14,019 nucleotides of DNA from NCBI GenBank assembly GCA_963977445.1, contig CAXBPH010000189.1, positions 1-14,019 on the forward strand, in the 5' to 3' direction. The notes below the pieces were generated by a model. The model had not been told where the DNA came from, made no database searches, and saw only the letters and a list, made by a program, of their open reading frames with translations. The translations under genes were made by a program, and so were the position numbers. Origin of the DNA: an uncultured bacterium. Its GTDB lineage: Bacteria > Hydrogenedentota > Hydrogenedentia > Hydrogenedentales > JAEUWI01. Positions 9,005-14,019 of this stretch are shown here, in pieces (positions within the stretch are counted from its first letter, which is position 1; the number at the start of each line of letters is the position of its first letter).

Positions 9005-9229
9005 ATGAATATCTTATGTGAAGATCGCGGATTAACTGAAATCGAGGCGGGGGAATTTCTTGGGCTCCACCCTGCGACACTGCGGAAAATGCGCTGTATC
9101 GGGAATCGCCCCGGCTTATTGCCCTGCCCGCCATACTACAAATTCGGCAAGGCGATCCGGTATAGCCTCTTTGAATTGCAGGACTATCGGGCAGCACACC
9201 GCGTGACTGACGGGGGCGAAGCTGCATGA
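9005..9229 (+). CDS. AlpA/excisionase-type helix-turn-helix protein
   Basis: 'LTEIEAGEFLGLHPATLRKMR...PPYYKFGKAIRYSLFELQDY' is a typical HTH_17/AlpA pattern. GGGAG RBS, and ATGA overlap with the next gene. Confidence 0.88.
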   Translation: MNILCEDRGLTEIEAGEFLGLHPATLRKMRCIGNRPGLLPCPPYYKFGKAIRYSLFELQDYRAAHRVTDGGEAA

Positions 9230-11004
9230 CCTGCCCCAACGAAGCGACCCCCGACGCGGTAGGACGCGGCGAGGGCCGAGCAAAACATTTACTCCAAAAA
9301 AATGATAGCACGCGTGACCTTATTAAGCAAATCGGAAATATCGCCGATTTGATTATATCGGCAGCGGCGCAGCGGCCCGGCCCTGAGACGAACGCTATCC
9401 TTGCCCGCGTCAACACCGACGCATGGTTCTGGACGGAACCCGAGCAGCTGGCTTGCTCCACGGTGGAGCTTGTAGGGCGGAATCCAGGAACAGAAGCGGC
9501 ACTGCCTGAAATTCTCCAAAAATACGGGCACGATGGCGACCCGTTGCGGCTCGAAGAATACGTGTCTGACTTCAACCGACTGTCGGCAGAGCATCGGCGC
9601 GAAAGCGACCTGTTCGAGAGTTCTCCCGAAGACTTCGCGGCGCTGCGCTGCACCGACGTTGCCAACGGCGCGCGGTTCGAAGAGCAGTTCACAGGCGTGG
9701 CGCTCCATTCGGCATCGCTCGGCCCCATGGTCTACGATTCCACCCGATGGGCACCTGACCCCAAGGCTATGCGGGAATTGGCGAAGAAGATTCCTGATTG
9801 TATTCGGGCAGAAATCAAAGCCATCGTGCTCAAGATGGATACGACCGATGGCGACAGCCTGAAGCGGCTCGAAGAACATTCGAAGGCGCTGCGGAAATGG
9901 GCTAAAACTTCTGCATCTTCGAAGGGAATCGACAATACCACCCGTGAGGCCAGTTCGACACCGGGTATAAACGCCGACCACATCGAATTCGACAGCAACC
10001 CGGCGCTATTGAATTGCCCGAATGCGCGCATTGACCTCAGGACCGGCCAGACTGGCCCGCACAGGCCATACGACTACGCGACGCAGGTCTGCCCCACAGA
10101 ATACGACCCAGACGCCACCTGCCCCCGATGGGACCAATTCCTGAAAGAAATATTTCAAGGCGATACCGAGCTAATCGAATATGTGCGGCGCGCCCTTGGC
10201 TATTCGCTGAGCGGCGATACGAGCTGGCAATGCTGGTTTCTGTTGCACGGCTGCGGCGAGAATGGCAAATCCCGTTTCGTGGCAGTCTTGCGCAACATAT
10301 TGGGCGCGGACTATTGCTCCGAAATCGACCCCGAGGAATTGTGTGCGCAGCCATGGGCCCGACACAGCACCGAGCGGGCGGCGCTCCGTGGTGTGCGTTA
10401 CCTGACATCCGAGGAAACCAAGTCAGAGCGGGAAATCAACGAGACCTTTATCAAATCCTTGACCGGCGAAGGGCGATTGCGCGCGCGGTTCATGCGACAG
10501 GATTCGTTCGAATTTTCCCCGGTCCTGAAGCTGTGGCTATCGACGAACAACAGGCCTGTTGTCAAAGACAATTCACACGGATTTTGGCGGCGGGTGCGGT
10601 TGATACCGTTTGAAGCAAATTTCAGCAACTCACCCAATCGTGATCCGTTTCTTGACCAGAAACTGAAGGCAGAGGCCCCTGGCATCCTCGCCCAGCTGGT
10701 GAAGTATGCGGGAATCGCCTTTCGGGAAGGTGAAGGTGTCCCCCCGGCCCGCATGGTCGAAGCGCAATCGGAATACCGGGCAGATAACGACGAAATTGGC
10801 GAATGGCTGAAAGAGCACACAACCGACGCTTTCAAGAGCAACACAGTCGGAAAGCGCTTTCTATATGACAACTACGCACTGAGCGCACCCGGAGAAAAAG
10901 AGGCTTTTAATGCATTTAATCGGAAACTCAAGGCGCGCGGGATAGCTGATAAGCGTGAAAAGATGGGGTATGTATGGGTCGGCTTAACCCTGAAATCGGC
11001 TTAG
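9226..11004 (+). CDS. P4-family phage/plasmid primase-type protein (D5_N plus SF3 helicase)
   Basis: D5_N motifs 'TDVANGARF', 'YDSTRW', 'LLNCPNARIDLRTG' and 'YDPDATCPRWDQFL'. Walker A GCGENGKS, 'IKSLTGEG', motif C 'STNNRP' and 'GFWRRVRLIPF'. Confidence 0.93.
   Translation: MTCPNEATPDAVGRGEGRAKHLLQKNDSTRDLIKQIGNIADLIISAAAQRPGPETNAILARVNTDAWFWTEPEQLACSTVELVGRNPGTEAALPEILQKYGHDGDPLRLEEYVSDFNRLSAEHRRESDLFESSPEDFAALRCTDVANGARFEEQFTGVALHSASLGPMVYDSTRWAPDPKAMRELAKKIPDCIRAEIKAIVLKMDTTDGDSLKRLEEHSKALRKWAKTSASSKGIDNTTREASSTPGINADHIEFDSNPALLNCPNARIDLRTGQTGPHRPYDYATQVCPTEYDPDATCPRWDQFLKEIFQGDTELIEYVRRALGYSLSGDTSWQCWFLLHGCGENGKSRFVAVLRNILGADYCSEIDPEELCAQPWARHSTERAALRGVRYLTSEETKSEREINETFIKSLTGEGRLRARFMRQDSFEFSPVLKLWLSTNNRPVVKDNSHGFWRRVRLIPFEANFSNSPNRDPFLDQKLKAEAPGILAQLVKYAGIAFREGEGVPPARMVEAQSEYRADNDEIGEWLKEHTTDAFKSNTVGKRFLYDNYALSAPGEKEAFNAFNRKLKARGIADKREKMGYVWVGLTLKSA
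9302..9330 (-). promoter_or_regulatory. antisense sigma70-type promoter inside the 5' end of the primase/helicase gene
   Basis: On the - strand: TTGCTT (9330-9325), 17-bp spacer, TATCAT (9307-9302), with an extended-10 TG at 9310-9309. Confidence 0.6.
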
Positions 11005-11005
11005 C

Positions 11006-11096
11006 GGTGTACCTTGGTGTACCTATTAAAGCATCACTCCGCGAGAAATTCATTTTCCTTAAGGGAGATACTATTTTTGGTACACCGTAGTACACC
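11006..11096. repeat. putative replication origin: two inverted pairs of GGTGTAC(C) iterons flanking an AT-rich core
   Basis: GGTGTACCT at 11006-11014 and 11016-11024. Reverse-complement copies GGTACACC (11079-11086) and GTACACC (11090-11096). Both pairs have a 10-bp period, and the site lies immediately after the helicase stop. Confidence 0.75.
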
Positions 11097-11132
11097 AATC
11101 ACGAAATTACCACATTGGAAAGGCTCCAAATC

Positions 11133-11513
11133 ATGAAATTCTGGCAAGTTCTCCACCGATTTCCAACCTTAACCGCAGCAGGATTCACAGACCCGGCAGA
11201 CCCCAACTTTGCCAAGTGGCGTGCCGAGCTGACGACCCGGCCCGATGACATCGAAGCCGCTCAGCAGTGGGTGTCACAGTTCCCGAAATCCACGACGGCA
11301 CGGCTATCCAGCTATCACGCAAAACACATCCTCGAATACGACACCGGGCGCTACGTCGACGAAGGCTCATTTATCGTGGGCGCGATTCTGGCGGGCTTCA
11401 CGCCGGGCACCTCGGCACACGGCCCGGTCGGCTTCCTGAACGTCGACAGGCGCGCACTGAATCGATACATCAAATCGAAACCGGCGCTGGCCCTGCTGGG
11501 GCTTGCGGCCTAA
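11133..11513 (+). CDS. hypothetical mobile-element protein with an S-Y-x-x-K-H...Y-V-x-x-G-x-F-I motif
   Basis: ATG at 11133 after GAAAGG (ORF-track start is TTG at 11115). It contains 'SSYHAKHILE...RYVDEGSFIVGAILAGF'. Confidence 0.7.
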   Translation: MKFWQVLHRFPTLTAAGFTDPADPNFAKWRAELTTRPDDIEAAQQWVSQFPKSTTARLSSYHAKHILEYDTGRYVDEGSFIVGAILAGFTPGTSAHGPVGFLNVDRRALNRYIKSKPALALLGLAA

Positions 11514-11539
11514 CCATCACCAACCAAAGAGGAAAAACC

Positions 11540-12154
11540 ATGAGCGTAAAAAAACACCAAGCCCAACTATCCCGAGCAACCGCCGAACTGGTGGACCTGC
11601 AAACCCGCAGGACCGCAGCACAGCAGGCATGGACGGCGGCTATCGTTGCCGATGACCCGAAGGCCGAGGCGAAGACGGCCAAGGCGCTGGCGGACATCGA
11701 CGCAGCCCTTAGCCTGGCCGAGTCCAAGATCGCCGTCGTGCGGCGCTGCCTGCACGATGCCGAGGTCGCAGCAATTCCAGACCGTGCGGCCAAGGCGCTA
11801 TCTGAGTACACAAAGCTGGCAGGCGAGGCTACGGAATTGGCCCGTGGCGTCATGGAGCACTGGCAGGAAGGGTACGACAAGGCGCAGCGCATCCGTGAGC
11901 TTGACGGCCAATGTGGGGCCATTGCTGGCGAATTCCACGAACATACCCGCGAATTGGGCGACCCTACCACGCTGACCGGCGCACGATTCCCCGTGGCGCT
12001 GGCCGAGCTCGGGAGACTCTACGGAAATTTCGAGAAATTCGGGCCGAAGTGGCAGCCATCCATCGATACGTTGCTGCCGACCAGGCGGGCGCGGCCCGTC
12101 GAACCTGTCGAACCTGAAACCGTGACCGAACCCGCAGAGGACACCGCAGCATGA
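11540..12154 (+). CDS. alpha-helical / coiled-coil hypothetical protein (~204 aa)
   Basis: ATG at 11540 after AGAGGA (MSVKKHQAQL...). Ala/Leu/Glu/Lys-rich heptad-like sequence with a Pro/Glu-rich tail. ATGA overlap with the next gene. Confidence 0.75.
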   Translation: MSVKKHQAQLSRATAELVDLQTRRTAAQQAWTAAIVADDPKAEAKTAKALADIDAALSLAESKIAVVRRCLHDAEVAAIPDRAAKALSEYTKLAGEATELARGVMEHWQEGYDKAQRIRELDGQCGAIAGEFHEHTRELGDPTTLTGARFPVALAELGRLYGNFEKFGPKWQPSIDTLLPTRRARPVEPVEPETVTEPAEDTAA

Positions 12155-12459
12155 CCATGAACGACTTCATTCGAGGCAACCCGGCGGCGGCTGAGCAGAC
12201 TCCATGCGACCCGGGAGAAGCAGAATTCTTTGAGCGTGCCCGCGCATTTGGCTGCACGAATCCGAGGGCGATGCGAACACTTGCCACGGCTTCGGAGGGC
12301 TGGACATTCGAAAGCCTTCGCGCGGAATGCCCCGAGTTTTTTACTGAATTCCCGAACGCCAATGCGGGCCAAGGCGCTGGCCAGAAGTTCGGGACTGACC
12401 AAATCGATATGAACGCCCTGTTGCGCAAAGCAGCAGCTGAGCAACGTTGTTTTTTCTAA
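12151..12459 (+). CDS. hypothetical protein with a phage scaffolding-protein-like C-terminus
   Basis: Coupled start (ATGA) with GAGG upstream. 'LRAECPEFF...NANAGQGAG...DMNALLRKAA' resembles scaffold C-termini (recognised by eye). Confidence 0.6.
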   Translation: MTMNDFIRGNPAAAEQTPCDPGEAEFFERARAFGCTNPRAMRTLATASEGWTFESLRAECPEFFTEFPNANAGQGAGQKFGTDQIDMNALLRKAAAEQRCFF

Positions 12460-12483
12460 ACCAACCACAAGGAATCTATCATC

Positions 12484-12744
12484 ATGAAAAGAAACACCCG
12501 CGAACGAATCGCAGTAATGCCACCCATGGACGATGGCAGAAACTCACGTTTCCACAGCATGAGCGGCGAAAGCCTCATGCGCCTTCACCTCGGCATGAGC
12601 AATGCCGAGATTCAGCGCGTCAACGAGATTGCGGCACAGACTGCCCGCGATTCGATTGTCGTGCTTTGCGAAATAAAGCAGTTTGCCAACGTAACGCAGA
12701 TCCCCGGCTGGCAGTGGGTGCCCGTTGCCGGTAGTCGCGATTGA
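12484..12744 (+). CDS. hypothetical protein (86 aa)
   Basis: AAGGA RBS upstream; fills the gap between co-oriented neighbours. No recognisable motif. Confidence 0.6.
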   Translation: MKRNTRERIAVMPPMDDGRNSRFHSMSGESLMRLHLGMSNAEIQRVNEIAAQTARDSIVVLCEIKQFANVTQIPGWQWVPVAGSRD

Positions 12745-12760
12745 CTCTGGAGTTTGAACA

Positions 12761-13243
12761 TTGGCAACCGTAAAACGCAGTAAATCGCAGCGTGAAGCCG
12801 ACCTGCCCGAGATTGCCCGCGACTGGATTCAGGGGCACACGTTGCGGGAAATCGCGGCCCGCCTGAATGCCCGGCGCGACTACTCGCTATCGTTCCAGAC
12901 CATCGCCAACGACACGAAGTGCATTCTGACCCGTTGGCGCGAATCTGCAACGACTTCGATTGGCGAGCACAAGGCCATTGAGCTGGCTCGATTGAATGAG
13001 CTGGAGCGCGAAGCATGGGCGGCATGGCGCGGCTCGAAACAACCCGCAGTTCGGGCATTGGCCGAAGACAGCTCGGGCCCGGAAGGCGGGCGGATTCGAA
13101 ATCAGACTGTGACCGAAACCAAGCGAGACCCGAGGTTCCTGGCGATTATCCGGGACACAATCGCGGCCCGCGTCAAATTGCTTGGCTTGGATGGCGACTT
13201 CGCCGAACGGCTCGAAAAATTAGAAGGGAAAATCGCATCATGA
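12761..13243 (+). CDS. putative terminase small-subunit-like HTH protein
   Basis: TTG start with GGAG RBS. N-terminal HTH 'GHTLREIAARLN...SFQTIAND', central helix 'ELARLNELEREAWAAW' and 'DPRFLAII...RVKLLGLD', a pattern I associate with phage TerS-like proteins. Confidence 0.62.
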   Translation: MATVKRSKSQREADLPEIARDWIQGHTLREIAARLNARRDYSLSFQTIANDTKCILTRWRESATTSIGEHKAIELARLNELEREAWAAWRGSKQPAVRALAEDSSGPEGGRIRNQTVTETKRDPRFLAIIRDTIAARVKLLGLDGDFAERLEKLEGKIAS

Positions 13244-13419
13244 AAAATCTATTTGAGCGACTACGCAGGCTCGAAAAACGAATGGTGCCCGTCGGACCGG
13301 CGGCAGTATTCGTCATGGCACCGCCACCCGGCATCGTGGGCAAGAACGTGGACCTCACCCAGTTTTCACCGGCCAGCAATGGGCGGCCCGGCTGTCTGGT
13401 GGAATTCCGCAGACCATGA
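13240..13419 (+). CDS. small hypothetical protein (59 aa)
   Basis: ATG at 13240 overlaps the upstream stop (ATGA), with AAGGGA upstream. Sequence begins MKNLFERLRRLEKRM. Confidence 0.6.
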   Translation: MKNLFERLRRLEKRMVPVGPAAVFVMAPPPGIVGKNVDLTQFSPASNGRPGCLVEFRRP

Positions 13420-13434
13420 CGCTATCCTGTCGGC

Positions 13435-13713
13435 ATGGCAAAGCACGAAGAACTTGAACCGCTCATGACCTGTTCAGCCGTTGCCAAGGCGGCAGGCGTT
13501 GGGCGTGAGACGATCCGCCGGATGGCCGATGCTGGGAAAATCCCGTACAGCAGGCCAACCGGCGGCCATCGTCGCTACCTACTGTCACAGGTTCATGCGG
13601 CGCTAACCAAGCCCGTGACCGATGCCGAAGAGCGTTGTTATCGGATGGCACGTGAGGCAAGAAAAATAGAAGCAGAAATGGCAGCAGCAGAACGCAGAAA
13701 ACGCAAGTCTTGA
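13435..13713 (+). CDS. excisionase/MerR-like (BldC-type) HTH DNA-binding protein
   Basis: 'LMTCSAVAKAAGVGRETIRRMADAGKIPYSRPTGGHRRYLLSQV' includes the T-x-G-G-H-R-R-type motif. Confidence 0.85.
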   Translation: MAKHEELEPLMTCSAVAKAAGVGRETIRRMADAGKIPYSRPTGGHRRYLLSQVHAALTKPVTDAEERCYRMAREARKIEAEMAAAERRKRKS

Positions 13714-13738
13714 CAAGTCACCCGCTCCGGCGTATTCT
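13710..13738 (+). promoter_or_regulatory. near-consensus sigma70 promoter
   Basis: TTGACA (13710-13715), 17-bp spacer, TATTCT (13733-13738). Confidence 0.8.
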
Positions 13739-13744
13739 ACTAGC

Positions 13745-13915
13745 GGTCAACCGGACCATTTTTAAACTAAGCGGCCCCCGAAGGTGCGACAACACCAACG
13801 AGGGCCTAAGACTCGAATGCAGATGAGTGCAAACGAATCGTCACCGTAGTATACCCCCAAGTGGGGGGTATATTCACCCGCACCCGCCTGCATTCTCAAT
13901 CAGGAGAATGCACCC
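13745..13915 (+). promoter_or_regulatory. long structured 5' leader with alternative RBS-sequestering folds
   Basis: Hairpins at 13773-13806, 13850-13872 (TATACCCCC/GGGGGTATA) and 13889-13912 (TGCATTCTC/GAGAATGCA, covering AGGAG). A competing helix forms between 13815-13830 and 13880-13895. Confidence 0.65.
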
Positions 13916-14019
13916 ATGAATATCAGCACCACCCTCGAATGCCAAGACCTCGAAGATCTCTTTATCCAGCATCTTGCGGAGCAAAGCCACCACTTCGGCG
14001 ATATAGACGAATACGTCCG
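13916..14019 (+). CDS. 5' end of an unknown gene (MNISTTLECQDLEDLFIQHLAEQSHHFGDIDEYV...), truncated by the window edge
   Basis: ATG at 13916, 9 nt after AGGAG (13902-13906); the frame is open to the end of the window. Confidence 0.6.
   Translation, partial: MNISTTLECQDLEDLFIQHLAEQSHHFGDIDEYV

Larger units (their letters stand above)
6838..14019 (+). mobile_element. tRNA-Lys-integrated phage-satellite-like element (PICI/P4-like); extends beyond the right edge
   Basis: tRNA 3' fragment next to a tyrosine integrase, then AlpA-like HTH, P4/D5 helicase, iteron origin, small unknown genes and a TerS-like gene, all co-oriented. No capsid, portal, TerL or tail genes are visible. Confidence 0.8.

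Noticed and set aside
11267..11539. Longer 295-aa version of the coiled-coil gene
   Set aside because: It overlaps the 11133-11513 gene in another frame, and ATG 11540 has a clear AGAGGA RBS.
12098..12115. GTCGAACCT tandem repeat
   Set aside because: It simply encodes the low-complexity PVEPVEPE tail.
1..14019. CRISPR array, retron/RT, or a recognisable anti-phage defence gene
   Set aside because: No regularly spaced repeat-spacer units, and no RT, Cas or nuclease motifs were seen.

Overview
The left half (1-~6830) is ordinary bacterial chromosome with all genes on the + strand: the 3' end of a PKD/Ig-like protein, a hypothetical gene, a DUF900-type alpha/beta-hydrolase lipoprotein, a CBS-pair protein, a PEP-CTERM surface protein, and a secreted clan GH-A glycoside hydrolase with an N-terminal CBM-like domain. 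At 6838-6886 (- strand) is the 3' half of a tRNA-Lys(UUU) followed by an intrinsic terminator, which I read as an att junction. From there to the window end runs an integrated element whose genes are all on the + strand and whose layout resembles a phage satellite (PICI/P4-like). It encodes a tyrosine integrase, a structured post-int RNA, a wHTH-like protein, an AlpA/Xis HTH and a P4/D5-type SF3 helicase. These are followed by an inverted-iteron origin, several unknown genes (including a scaffold-like and a TerS-like protein), a second Xis-like HTH and a strongly structured promoter/leader. The most notable points are two sequence-related cis-antisense hairpin modules, an RBS-sequestration switch, and a candidate capsid-remodelling/packaging module without capsid genes. 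All family assignments come from motif recognition by eye; no database search was run.
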